64,000 nt of DNA, taken from Isurus oxyrinchus. Its lineage: Eukaryota. Below the pieces are notes generated by a model. It saw only the letters and a program-made list of their open reading frames with translations, was not told the origin of the DNA and did not search any database. A program made the translations under genes and the position numbers. Every line of letters starts with the position of its first letter. The first letter of the stretch is position 1. The DNA is taken from assembly GCA_026770705.1 (NCBI GenBank), contig JANJGN010000101.1, positions 1,054,001 to 1,118,000 on the forward strand. Direction: 5' to 3'. Shown here in pieces: positions 11,500 to 24,812 of the stretch.

Positions 11500-12030
11500 C
11501 ATGACCCAGAATTCCATTTGTGAAAGAGGCCTGTGGGAGTATGCCCCGTATTTGCCTGAAAGAGGTGAATCGATGTTACACTGAAGTCACACATCCTGAC
11601 GACTGAAGTGATGGCAGTATACCGAATGTGGACTAGAAAACGCATTAATACATCATTCGGCAAACAGAAGCTCCAGTTCTGCAAAACTGGCACTCCACCA
11701 GTGTTTCACAATGGGCTTGCTACCTTAATATCATGGAATTTAATTTGGAGGAGTTCTCCTGTCACAAACTATTTGGGTGTTATTAAGGCTTGTTTTTGGA
11801 GGCCTTGTGGTTGGTTTCTGGATTTCCCAGATGACTGTTCTGCAGCCTGTAAGGAGAGGCAGCAGATCTGATGATGTGTCCAGGGGCCAGCGATGCCTCT
11901 GAACCAGCAACGTTACAGCTGAAATGCAGTGTGAGCTATGAAGAGACGAAGCTCTGGCAAATGCAATCTGTTGAAATGGAGCCAGACTCTTTAATGCTCC
12001 TTGACAGCGGCAGGAGTTGCCATTGCATTG
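11500..12030 (-). mobile_element. Highly decayed PIF/Harbinger-like transposase remnant
   Basis: Broken minus-strand similarity to PxAVK..SGSFQ..AHxCIxxVT and later DDE segments; many indels. Confidence 0.35.
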
Positions 12031-13299
12031 TATGAACTAATATTAACAATCTCACTCTATCTTCTGACAATACTCAATAGAACCATTTATCAATGATCTG
12101 GTGGGCAGGATTTTGGGGTGTGCATAGCGTGAAATGCAAGCGAGTTTAGTTGACACTTAATGGATTCCAGAGAATAACATGATGTTGGTGCTGCAGTCTT
12201 GCTTTGTAATGCAGCAGGGGCCTACAACTCGGCAATTTGGTCTGATTGGCGAGACATTCTATTCTTTTTCATTTTGGGCGGATGCTGGATGACACTGACA
12301 CTGCTCAGGAGCACATTCGTCTTTCGAAAGGCAGGTACAGAAAGAATTTGACGAATTTATTAGTCGGGTTGTCTCGTTATTTCCGTTGCATCAATTAATT
12401 CATTGTAATTCCCAATAAGATCAGTCGTTATTTTTTTCATGTTCTCCTTTACAAACTAGATTTTTTTAAAACTTATTCAACAGGAAACATTACCCTCATG
12501 ATATCTTACAATATCTTTAAAAGTTGCACTTTTCTCACGTTATGATGTTGAATGTTAATGAAGCATGTTGACATTGAATGTCACATGACAATGTAGAAGC
12601 CCCCAAGCAAATTCACCACAGAGACATTTCCTATCCTGTGTGAAAATCATTGCTGCATTACAATCAGTCAGCCTAACATTGCCGCCAGGTGAACGTCCAG
12701 TGAGCAGAATCGGGGCAATTTTAATGGTGAATTTGAAGATTTTCGGTTAATAACCGACAGCTAACTTGGATTTGTAATAAGGCAAAATAGACAAACTTGA
12801 CTGAACTTTTCTCTGAAGTAATAGACTGGATGGTATTCGTGGCTCCCAATGGTTTTGCATCGTAAAGCAACTTAACACAGTGTCCCACAAGTATCGGTGT
12901 CAATTATCATTTGTGATATCTGTTAGTCATATGGACACGGGAACAAAGAGTAAAAATTTAAGCTTTGCCGATAGCACAAGACATGGATATGGAGAAAACT
13001 GTGTGCAGGCTAGTTGACATAATTCAGGAAAGACAGCTGGAATGCCAGGCGCATGAGATATGGAATTTACTGCAAAAAATATGATTTGGAATGCTTTAAT
13101 TGGAAATAAATCGAGTTGGGAAGCAACATAACCCAACAGGCTAAAACCTTCGGTGATGCCAGTACAGTGGTGTATATTCTGGAAGGAGGGCCTTGGGAGT
13201 TCTCAACATCTGCTGTGGAATCCATCAAGTCTCATGACATCAGAGAACATCAAATCAAACATGGATAAGGAAAACTACTGCTATTAGATATCAGACATC

Positions 13300-13792
13300 C
13301 AGAATCCAATTTTCCAGGATTGGGGATGGAGGTGATTGCCCGCTGGGGGAGAGGGTGGGGGGCAGTGTTGGAATCATCGGGTGTGTCCAGGGTTGTTACA
13401 TTTGGATACCAGGAGAGAATTCGGCGTGGTTGTGATGGTTGTCGAGGTGTTAGAGTGATACCCTGGGCTGGAAGGCTTATGGGGTAATGAGGGGTCTGCA
13501 GGGTGTTTGGGGAATCGGGGGAGATTGTCGATGTCATGCTTGGCGAGTACTCGATGTGTTGGGAGGGTGTTTGGCAGGTTATCAGGAGTATTTACGAGGT
13601 TGATTGGGTCCTAACTGGGTGAGGGTGCAGTCGGGTGCTTGTGGATCGTCGATTATTGGGAGGACAGCCTGGGGGCGGGAGGGTCGTCAGGGGTTGGAGA
13701 AGGAAATGGGGTGTAGTCAGGTGCGGTTTGAGAGGATAGGCAGGGGAGCTTCGGCAGTCGGGGAGGTGGGAGATATATTTGAGGTTTCCAGT

Positions 13793-13824
<32 letters not shown>

Positions 13825-14830
13825 GAGGGGTTCTCATTTCTATAGTGACCCAGGAGTTAGAAGCGATTTTCGTTCTTCTCACTCCTCCTGGGAAACTATT
13901 CTTCCGGGACAGGCATAACGAACTGAAGCTTTCCATTTAAATCCACGTGTCGGATGGTTCCTGATGTTCTTCAGAAGTTTGAATTTTCCGGTCAATACCC
14001 ATACAGCCCTCATATGGGGGCTTCCGGACCGGGGGCGGATGGTGGAGGTTGTGCTTCTCCCACAGCATCTTTGGGGTGCCTCATGGCTGCGGCCCTACGG
14101 AGATCAGAATGTATTTTCAATACATCCCAGATCTGACCAGTGGATGGCCTGACCCCGAGGTACCAGAGAGATGAAGTGATCGATCACTTGTAAGTCCCCA
14201 CTTCAGGACTGCCCGGCAACTTCCCCCGGATTTTCCACATCCTTTGGGCAATTAGTACTGCATCTGGAACATTCCAGAACCCTGGGTTAGATTTGGAGGA
14301 GTTGGATTGTCCCGGCATACTTAGCAGAATAGGTACCCAGGAAACGTGAGAAGGATTAATACCAGTTCCAGCTCCTGAGTAACCAGAATTCAGATCTCCA
14401 ACTCTGAAATGGACACCCCAATTACTGTCCAGACAGCCCGAGTGTGACCCAGGTCCCCGACTACCATCCAAAATCCAATTACCCATACCCTGACCAATAC
14501 ATTGAAACTTCAACTGCCGCCGAGACGACGGGTACAACTCCCATCCCCAAACTAATACCCCACATTCCCATTACACCCAACCCCCGACTACCCTCCAGAA
14601 CACCCGAATCTCCCCCTACCCCAGACAACCGTCCAGATAACCCAAACGCTACCCACACTCCCACCCCACGCTGCCTACTCAGCACCTGAACACCCACCCG
14701 CTAACCACCCCCCCGTCCAATTGTCTAGCCCCCTTCCCCCACTAAATGTCTACAACCTCGAACTCCCTGATATCCCTCGAACTACCCTATTCCCTCACCC
14801 CTTTACTTGCCACCCGACTACCTGACCCTG
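13300..14830. repeat. Fold-back-like unclassified repeat (G-rich arm, core, C-rich arm)
   Basis: G-rich 13300-13830 with poly-G at ~13794-13822; C-rich 14450-14830. The minus strand of ~14240-14360 matches ~20600-20720. Confidence 0.5.
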
Positions 14831-15119
14831 CTGTCTTGCACACTGACCTTCTGTCTGCGCTGTGCCAATCTGGTTTTGGAATCATTAAAGCTACTGCTAA
14901 ACGGTAGCTAGAGCTACAGAAATGCTCTGGCTCAGCTTTCCCCGACATTCCTGTACGAGGAAGGAAGACTTTACACCCCACTGTTCCCTTGAAACCCTGT
15001 TCTGAAGTGCAGGTGAGAAATGTGGAGCTGCGGGGCAGGGAACGTTGAAAATGGCGGAATGGCCGTCCAAAGCTGATTACCACTTCCGGGCCATCGTGTT
15101 TCATATTCCGCAGCTGATG

Positions 15120-15372
15120 AAAGCTTCCTTTATAAATCTTCAAACCATCAACATGAATATCGTTAGTTTTTGGTGAGACGGGATTCCCCTGTCAGATCCA
15201 TCCTGTCTGCCCAGAATCTAACATGCACACATTCTGTCCTTGAAAGAGCTGCAGTCAGAGAAATCATTGTCTACCTCTTTCTGGAATGTGCTTTTGGGAG
15301 AAGGTCTGGAAAATGATGGTCCAGCTTCAACCCGATCAGCTCCATAAAACAGGACTTTGTTCTCTCCGGGCC
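15120..15372 (+). mobile_element. L1/Tx1-type LINE C-terminal zinc-binding fragment
   Basis: Decayed reading LVRRDSPVRS..CP..C..E...LFLECAF..KVWK, typical of the Tx1 zf-RVT region. Confidence 0.55.
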
Positions 15373-15394
15373 GAGATTATAATCCTTTGTTTGT

Positions 15395-17370
15395 ACTTAA
15401 CAGTTGTATCCTCCAGTAATACTTCCAATAACATGCACGCCCTGCAAATACATTGAAACAACGCTCTCACTTAGAAACTGAGTTAAGTGAATGATTTTCC
15501 AAGCATTTCCATCACAAATTATGAAAGAAGATGAGATTCCCCAACTGATCACATAAGTGATAACACCCAGACCCTGCAATTAGTAGCCATAAGTACCTGT
15601 CGTTAAAATAACCGTTTTGAACTAGTAATTTTCCTGCGTTATCCAATAATAGGTCATATGAAATTGATCCAAAACACACTGGCACTGAATCTTTAAAAAT
15701 ACAATGTACTGATTCGGACAGCATGTGGAATGTAAAGCAAGAACGGCTGTGGTGTTAGTAACAGACAAAGATTACTGAGAGCCACTAATATAATAATAGG
15801 CATGCATGAAAATTTAATTCGAAACTAAGCCAAAAGCTTCAGGAAGATACAACAGAATATATGTGCAAAAGATAATGGGGCGTCCTGGATTAATATGCAT
15901 ATTAAAACATTTCCTCGGATACATCCCTCTAGATTCCACGGGCCGCATCTGGATTAAAGACTCTGAGGACAATAACGGGAACATCTGGACAACTACTTCT
16001 ACATTCATCGCCCTGTTCTTCTTGAACATTTTCTATGGCGCTGCCGTCACTCTGGTGATGGTGAGAAGATTCAATCCACTCACACATCAATATGACAGGA
16101 GCGGTTTGAAAAATCTCCAAATATTTCACTGATTGAAAACTCCAACATAAATGTCCCAGGTCATTAATATCTGCTGCATTATTTTCTCCCTCTTTTACAG
16201 TTTAAGTGATCGGTTGATTTTCGGACCTCCTTGGCTGTTCCTCAGTTGTTTATTGAGATCTCTGTATTGTGACTTTAAAATATGTTCTCCTGGTGACGCT
16301 AACAGTGAAATGTCTTCATTCTATGATTCTGAATCTGTAACTGAGGCATTCGTGGACAGTATTTCCGCCTTTCTGTCTGAAATGCGCGAGATAATTATTA
16401 TTTTAAAATAACTGTCGCTTATAATTTCACTATAGCTTGAATTGCATTTGTAAATATGTCTTTTCTTTCGCTGTTGTCCCCTTCCCTTTATGCTAAATTT
16501 CTGTTTTCTCTTTCTGGCCTATGTTACACTTCTACTTACAGTTCGCAGCTCAGAGCACATGGGGTTGTCTCAATGTGACGCTCAAACGATACATTCACTT
16601 TTGTGACCTTTAGATGAACCATTTCAACAAAACATGCTCTGAAATTGTTAATAAATCTTGAATGATAATTGCACCAAGTATGACTTTGCTGAATTCATTT
16701 CTCCTCGCTTCATCAACATGGCTGCATTTTCCCTATTTCACGTTTTCCTCCTTTCCCGACTTGTATTAATCACGATTCCTGTCTGCAAAGTGTTTGAACT
16801 CGAGGCCCTTCAGTCAAAGAACGATTCACCACACAACGCCCCACCCGTGTAAAGAAATGTTTACCCCTTCCCTTTTATGGTAAAAACCAGAAGCAGAATG
16901 ATGGAATGGCGAAGAGCAGCTCAGTGACGTCTCTGATCTGTCACAGTCAGCGTCGGGTCGTTCTAAATAATAAAGGCACTCTTCCTCAGAGGTTAATGCA
17001 GCACAATGTTTGAGGAAGAATACGTTCTTTACATATCACATAAAATATTCCCAGGCCTCTACAGCTCTGGTTAGGCGCGGAGTAAAGTGCCCCCCCCCCC
17101 CCCAACGCCACCACCGCCCCCCCCCCTTCCCCCCCACCCCCCCCGCACTGTCCGGCTAAACACTTACACAGCAGAGCAGTTGCAGAGCCGATGTATAACA
17201 CTGATATTGCCGTTGGCACAACCATAGGCTAATTCCTAGAGGCCGGGAAATATATGGCACATAAACACCATCGAGACAAAATCTTGTCGGCCTTCTTATG
17301 CTGAACCGGGCAAAAAACATGAGAACGATTCCGAGAGATTGGGACCAATGCAGATCTGATATAGACATAC
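15395..17370. repeat. Segmental duplication copy B (more diverged)
   Basis: Collinear with ~2290-4200, e.g. gaaattgatccaaaa at ~2552 and 15660; ORF 15863-16132 resembles ORFs 2846-3049 and 56197-56472. Confidence 0.85.
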
Positions 17371-17589
17371 TATTGAACAGAAATTCTACAAGCTTTCGCT
17401 AGAATTTGTATTCCCTCAGGCTTGAGAGGGAGCAGAACCCGTTGGACATTGGGGCCTCGATGACACAAAAAGGAAATCAGCCTAAACAAAGTGATGTGAT
17501 CCAAAAACCGGGGCCTCTCTAATACACAAACCCTAATGCCTTCTCTGGCACTTTTAGTTTCTTTGATCTGGGAGCTGCATGACTGCTTG

Positions 17590-17705
17590 AACCCCTTATG
17601 AAGACAACTGCAGATAGTACGTCCACACCATGAAAAGCTGCCTATTCTTTAAGGATTTCACACTGGCAGATCTGGCCTCTTTATGCAGACATGGACTATC
17701 CAGTG
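17590..17705 (-). mobile_element. PIF/Harbinger-like transposase remnant
   Basis: Broken minus-strand reading D..HVCIKRP..NR..FH..V resembles the IDCTHVAIKAP..NRKGFHSLNV motif. Confidence 0.3.
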
Positions 17706-19039
17706 AATTGTAATTATTGTTTACCCACTACACAAATCCATGCTTCCCCACATCAATTATTATTACTAAAACTAAAAGAAAACACGAGTTACCAGATTGG
17801 CTAGTCACAACACTTGATATCATGCGAATTGTCAAAACTAGCATGAATTACGTCTTGATTGAAAGAATGAAACGAGGGCTGAGAGTTAAAATTTCGCATC
17901 AGGTTTTGGAAAATTCACGTGTCCACTGGTCGAGAACAGCTATAGAGGCGGAGATTAGAAGTGAAGGAAAGGGGTGAGATGGGCTGTGCTAATGCACAAT
18001 GCACAAAATGTTAACTGACTAAAGATGGTGGTGTATGGCTGAATATGGGTTGCAATGGGACAGATGTTTCTGCTTGCTGTTAACACAGATACACACCTTA
18101 CTCCTGATCATCCGATTACAACTGACCTTTGAAAGCAGTACTCCAGGCCGGAGTTCTTTCTTCGCTGCAACCAATGGTGCAACTCCGCCAGGTTTACAAT
18201 TCATTTGTGTTGCAAAGTGGGGAGTGCCTAATTTCAAAATGAGAATACAAATATTACAACTTTGATTTTAAACATTGAATCATGGAACAAATACTGAGTA
18301 TATTTATTTGAATTTGCATGGTATTACTAATGATTGAGTAAAAGTATTTATACATTTGGATATTTGCTGGACATAGCTTCTAACATCCTGAAATTCATTA
18401 CAAGCTGAGGCACCAGGCGGAAACAAACAGTTGTCCTGCTGTAATAACTGGCATGGCGCCTGAGTCTAAATATTAAAACCTTCCAAGCATTCTGGTAGAT
18501 CAGTGCCGGCCTGCTTCTAGACCAATGTTTATCATTTCTAATGTTCCGTTCCCAGAACTATACAAGTAATCCAGCATGTAATCGAACCAGGGATTTGTAT
18601 AGCTGTAGCAAAGCGTTTCTCCTTTTCTGTTACAGCCTCAGTTCACGGTACAGTAAATAGACTTACATTGTGCATATCCATTCAGAGTAATGAAAACCCT
18701 CTTGATCAGAAAAAAACGACTTTTGGCTCTTTGGTATGAATTCAATTGCACAAGTAAACACTGCATATGTCGAAAACTGTATAAGAATCACAAGCCCAAC
18801 TCTTCGTGTCTTTCCATCAGGAAAGTTTGTTTATTCAGGCAATCTGCGAACACTCCGCAGAAAATCCTTCAAATTACTTGCAAGAGGATATGGAGCCCAA
18901 CACATATGGTCATTCAACGTAAATGACCAAAGCATCATTTACTCCGTCAATGTTAGAGTCTGATATCAATACTTCGTCACAATTAGGCACAATATCAGTT
19001 AAAATGTCAAAGGGTAAAGTGATGCTTCTGTAACAGTTT

Positions 19040-19698
19040 TTTTTATTCATTCATGGATGTGGGTGTCCCAGGTCCAGTCAGTATTTAATGCCCACCCGTA
19101 ATTGCCCTTGAGAACATGGTGTTAATGAGCTGCTTTCTTGAACTGCTGTGGTCCATGTAGTGTTGGTACAGCTACGTTTCTGTCAGGGAGGGAGTTCCAG
19201 GATATTGACCCAGGGACATTGAAGGAACAGCGACATATTTCCAAGTCAATATGATGAGTGACTTGGAGGGGAAATTCCAGTTGTTGGAGTTCCCATATAT
19301 CTGCTGCCCTTGTCATTCAAGAAGGTAGTGGCCGGAAGTTTGGAAGGTGCTGACTAAGGTGAATTCCTGCATTGCAACTTGTAGATGGCAAATAGTGCTG
19401 CCACTGTGCACCGGTGGTGGAGGGAGTGAATATTTGTGGATGGGGGGTGGGGGGGGGGGGTCAATCCCACGGGTTGCTTTGTCCTGGATGGTGTCAAGCT
19501 TCGTGAGCGTTGTTGCAACAGCACTCATCCAGGCAAGTGGGAAGTACTTAATTCCACTTTTGACTTGCACCTAGTAGGTGGTGGGCAGGCTTTGGGGAAT
19601 CAGGAGGTAAGTTAATCGACGCAGGATGCCTAGCCTCTTACCTGCTCTTGTAGCCACAGTGTTTAGATGGCTAGCCCAGTTCAGTTTCTAGTCAATGG
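19040..19698 (-). mobile_element. LINE 3' end (CR1/L2-clade family sharing its tail with the SINEs)
   Basis: ORF 19313-19570 QVKS..Y.PLAWMSA..TTL.KLDTIQDKA is a post-RT LINE motif; tail atgaatgaataaaaaaa on the minus strand. Confidence 0.8.
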
Positions 19699-19699
19699 A

Positions 19700-20860
19700 T
19701 GTGTCAGGGGAAGAGTAGATCAGGATTCGAAAAGCCGGCGTGAGGTAGGATGCTTTGAACTGACAGAATGTGTAAGGTGTTGTGAACAGTTGAAGTAGTG
19801 TAACTTTTGTCAGGAGTAGGTTTCGTCGGCAGTTGAGGAATGGTCGGGCTTGTAGTCCAGTTCAAGTGGGGCAGGATAGCTCGGGGCAGAAATGGTCGGG
19901 CGGGTTGGCTGGTTCAGGATGTCTGTTGGGTCGGGGAGGTAGAGTGGGTAGTATAGGTCGAGTGGGTTAGAATAGTCTAGACTGTAGGATAGTTCTTGGA
20001 GGCAGGATGGATTGAGGGGGTTAGGTTGGGCTTGGAGAATTGGGTGCTTCAGGGTAGGATACTTGGAGTGCTGTATGATGGGGTGGAGGTAGGACGGGGT
20101 GAGTGGGGTTGGGTCTGCCAGTCTGGATGGATGGATCAGGGGTAGAATGGTGGAGTATGGTAGGATGATTCAGTGATGTAATCTGTGGCTGGCTGGTTGG
20201 ATGAGTTGAGTGGGGCAGTATGGGTCAGGGGCATAGGATGGTCCCGGGTTTAGGGTAGGTGGAATGGGAGAGGAAGGGTAGGGTGGTAGCATCGTTCAGG
20301 GGAATAGGATACGTTGGGATTAGGATAGGTGGAGTAGGTAGGATGGGTCGGAGGGGGTAGAATTAGTCCAGGGGTATTTTGTTTCTGCGGGTGTCAGTCG
20401 AGGCATGGGTGAGACGATTTGTGGAGGGAATAATAATCGGGTGGTATTTTTTTTATTCGGGTTACTCAGGGGGATAGTGTTGTAGTCCGGGGTAGGAAGG
20501 TAGTCGGGCTGTCAGGAGGATAATCAGGGCAACCGAGTGAGGAATGGTGGAGGGGAATATTGGGGGTCAAGTGGGGAATCGGAAAGTAGGAAATTATTTC
20601 AAATCCCCTAACTTTTCCTGGATACCTATTCTGCTAAGAGTGGTGGAGCTACATATGTTCTGCAATTTAAATTTGATTTCCAGATGATTCCAAGGCATCC
20701 AGGATAATTTCCCATCGGAAGTTTGAAGTTCCTGTGCAATATCTGTGTAATGTTTTCATGAGAAATTCCTGTGGGGGCCCCGGGTGCATCTTCTGGGGCA
20801 CTCCCCGTGCACAACCCCTCCCACGCCCACGTACCGAATTCGGAAGTTCAGTGCGAATGA
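19700..20860. repeat. G-rich unclassified repeat related to 13300-14830
   Basis: ggtagg/ggtcgg-rich tract followed by tttcctggatacctattctgctaag, which is also found inverted at ~14320-14350. Confidence 0.55.
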
Positions 20861-21125
20861 CAATGGTTCCCTGAATATAGTTTGCTCTGACCCTAAATAC
20901 AATGCTCTCTGCCGTGTAAATGGAATGATCTCTGTCCCCTAATACAATTTTCACTGTCCCCTAAAACAATGACCACTGTACCATAACCATAATGATCACT
21001 GGCTGCTAAATACAACCTTTAAATGTCCCCTAACTACTATGATCATCTTCTCCTAAATTCAATCATTAATGTCCCCTGAATGCAATATTCACTGTCCCCT
21101 AAAAATAATGTTGATTCACCCATAA
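20860..21125. repeat. ~24-bp minisatellite
   Basis: About ten degenerate units of aatacaatgatcactgtcccct. Confidence 0.75.
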
Positions 21126-22669
21126 ATTGAACAATGCGCTCTCTGCAGGGAACATTTGTCAGAGCTCCGCAAGGGATTATTTAGAAGTTTACTACAAAAG
21201 CATCATATTACCGCTGCTTTAAATGTTATTTATAGATAATTATTTTAAAATAGACTCGGCACAGTCACAGGGCCCTGTGAATTGTACCCATTTCGGTGAG
21301 TATGTTTTTGTCAAGGAGCTGGTGAAGCGATTGATAACTTCCAGCGTTTTTTCTTTTTGTTTCTTTATGAGATTTTCAGATGTTACATAGTTGCCTTTGA
21401 ATTACTTTCATCTTTTTCAGCTTGTGATTTCTGGCTCTAATGGCTTAATTACAGTATCACTTTTTACAACCAACGCTTTGTTCAAATACCTTAAGTGTAA
21501 AAATTAAAGTAATCAGGGATTCAAGCACATCATTAAACCGAGATGAGATACGGACCAAGGTGTGGCTTAAAACAGAGCAATTCTATTTCATTGATTTATT
21601 AACCTATGTTTGCTTTTCTACATATAATTCCCAATCCCTGTTTTGTAGACTCCAGCCGATCATAGAAAACACACAAATTTAAATCATGAAGTCTTCTTAA
21701 TTTCACAAAGTTCAAATGAACATGTAATTAAGAAAATACTTTGAACTGGAAGTCGATCTGTAAATTTACTAAGCTAGATATCGGGCATTGTTGTTTACGT
21801 GTCATCTCAGAGGTGAAACATAATTGTTTCATGTAACTGCTAACCAGATCTCCACTTTAATAGCAATTTCTCAAAATGCACAAATCCAACCAAGAGCATA
21901 TTTTCTTTTTATTTTTAGTTTCAGCTTCTTGTTCCGTCGCCAGAACTCTCCTTTTTAAAAAATTCTTATGTATTTGTAACAAAGTGTGACATATGTTTTG
22001 TGATGGGTGTCCTGCAGCATAAGTGCATCGGCTCCAAGACTAACTGCAAATATGCAAACGGAAATGATAGGTTGTTTGATAGTGACAGAGAAACTACCCA
22101 ATCAATATGGACATTCATGTTGAGTGGAAAGTTTCGGCTCTTTTAAAGATAACAAGTTTATTTAAGGTCAGGAGATCTAATTGTTCTAAATAAACATCAA
22201 AGAGGTATTTGAACTTAATCATTATTTTATTGTCATTGGGCCAGTTTGGTGCAGGTCAGTTTTTAGTTGTGGACAAAAACGCCCAACACTTTAAGATTTT
22301 TTTTTTCGCAGTATGGCCGAACCTAACTCTGAATGGTGATAGAAACCTGGAATATTGGCTGAACGGTACGATTCGAAATATGATTATGTCAGCCTGCTGC
22401 CTGAAGGCTCTCTGGGGCAGATCTCATGCATCCACATGTGTGTGAAGAAGACTTTACAGGATTGACAGAGCTGACTGTCTTTTTGTTGTTTCTGGTGCTT
22501 AGCTCGATGCCGGGTGTTCCATCGGTTCTATTTTCAAACATTTTCTCCCGCTTGCTAGACCAGTTAAGGGGGAAGTTGTCACTCCACTGCATCTCCCTGG
22601 GCGTAGCGTCACATAGAGGCCAAACTTGGGAAAGACAACTGAATTCCTTCACGAAAGTAAATGAATGAA

Positions 22670-22870
22670 ACGGATTGTGCTAATTCATGAGAATGCTGTA
22701 GTTTCATGGTCATCATTCATAATTGCTCCTTTTTAATTTTCAGTTTACTTTCGCAAACTGAATTTATGTTCATCAGTTGACGTGGTGGGATGTAAACTTT
22801 CGTCCCTGAATCACTAACCTTGCCTTCAGATTTACTAGTCCATGAACATGACCACTATTCCAACATACAC
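22670..22870 (-). mobile_element. tRNA-SINE fragment
   Basis: gtttcatggtcatc..gtggtgggatgtaaac..ttactagtcca matches the other SINE copies. Confidence 0.55.
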
Positions 22871-23334
22871 CAAGGCACTTGTCTACCAACGAGATATAGA
22901 GACTAGGATTCAATTGAAAATATCAAAACTGAGATTGATAGGATTTGGTACCAACTGCTTTAAACTAAGGTGTCCAAATGGAGACATTCTGCATATTATC
23001 AATGCACTAATTGAAAGACAGGGAAGACTCCAGGACCAGAATATCTTTCTCCATTTGCTATGGGTCAACAACTTCGGGATAGGATCCCAAATTGCACTGG
23101 TAAATGCATAACTGAAACCAGAAACCAGCTATAGTCAGCTATTTCTGCAAAGCAGAGAGAAGGGAACAAGGAAGCGTAGAACAGAACCAAGCAGATTGGA
23201 AAAATGGTCGCCAGTATGGTAAGTGTGACTATAATTCAATAGTCAGTGTGACAGCAAAAAGAATGTGATGCACACTGGACAGAGAGTGCTCCAATGCAAT
23301 GGATGTGGACAAAGGTTTAACTAGTTAGCACAGC

Positions 23335-23577
23335 ATGAATAAATAAACGTATCGCACCATACACAGTGGGGAGAGGTCTTGCACGTTTTCAATGACTGGA
23401 CGAAGTTTCAACTAATCATCCAACCTCAGTAGCACAACGATGTGGGATACTGCGAAACATTGCAAATGAGGACACTATAGGACGGGACTCGCTTCCTCAG
23501 CCTGACTGCAAATTTATCGAGATACTCCCACTGAGAAGAAGTCGTTCACATGCTGCATGGAGTAGGGAAGATGTTAA
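23335..23577 (+). pseudogene. Decayed C2H2 zinc-finger gene fragment
   Basis: Frame from 23356: TIHSGERSCTFSMTGRSFN*SSNLS..KHCK*GH..L.IYR..TEKKSFTCC. Linkers resemble HSGEKPY/HTGERPFTC at finger-length spacing; several stops. Confidence 0.6.
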
Positions 23578-24812
23578 CAGTTGTTTCTTCTTCTTGCAGT
23601 CCGTTATGTTCAGGAGGTAGACGTAGGAAAAACCTTTCAAATGATATGTAGTTGGCGAGTGAGTCAGTCGTGCATTTCAATTGCTGACAGATGAGTGAAA
23701 TTTCAAGTAGCAGCAGAATTTCAATTATGTTCTTACTAATGATTTTAATCACATCTGGGGTTATTTAATAATCTGGACAAAGGGCATATAAAGCGAAGGC
23801 TAATGGATCAGTTTCCGTCTGACATTGAAAGACCTATCGAGGTATAACAAATAATTACTTCCTTACTCATGATCTTCCGCTGGCAACAGTGACAAATATT
23901 GAGACCTGTGCCGCATTTTGCATTTGGGGAGCAGGAGAACTGCCATACCCCAAGCGCATGTGCAGTACTCGCCCGAGATTGGGACAATGATCTGTTGCAA
24001 TGAGTAGCCAATAACTTCTCTGGCGTGACATTTTGTGGCTATCAGGATGGCAAGGAATGTGTTTGTGCATGGTCAGTGGGGAGCGGCAGTACTGTAAAAT
24101 GTGGCGAGTCATTCAAAAGCTCATTGGCTTTGGCAGAACCAAAAAATCTCGCCGCCGAGAGGGGCCATAAAATTCTGAATTTGCCATTACATTTGATGAG
24201 TTATTTTTAATAATTCTGTTGTTCACGATTGATGCCCGTTGAAAATAAGACACTGTTGTTAGACTCGATTTATGCTGTTTGATAACACTGGAAATGTCAT
24301 CATAATTGTCCGATTGAAAGTGTAGAAGGCGAATTACTGTTGTTCATTTTTTCCTGCCCCTTATTCCTATGTTTAATGACAAGGGATAGCGAGTGTGAAG
24401 CGGTGACTAGTGAGTTGAGAACAACGCATGGGAGCAGCATTTGTTACCATTTCAGAACGCCTTTTACCTATAAGGGGTAAACTACACAAAGCAATAACAT
24501 TGAGGTTCCTACCTTAAATTGTTAAAATTTTGGTATCCAATATCAGATCTAAGCCGGACTCTCTGTCTCCCACATGGATTTCCAAGGCCCTGGGGGCTGG
24601 TAGGGATGTACCAGGCCCCTGCTAGCACGAGGAAGACAACTAAAAACTAACGGGGAGCAGGCAACGTTCTTTATACATTGTTAAATTCACACGGAGGAAA
24701 AGGGACTCAAAGAAAATGACACTGCTTCCGGGAGACAAAACTTTTGTGTGAGATAAACAAAAGCAGCAATGGATGGAACACACATTATGACTCATGTTGA
24801 ATTTTATTGTTA

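Noticed and set aside
13592-13936. Poly-Pro / poly-Gly ORFs
   Set aside because: Caused by the poly-G run in a low-complexity repeat.
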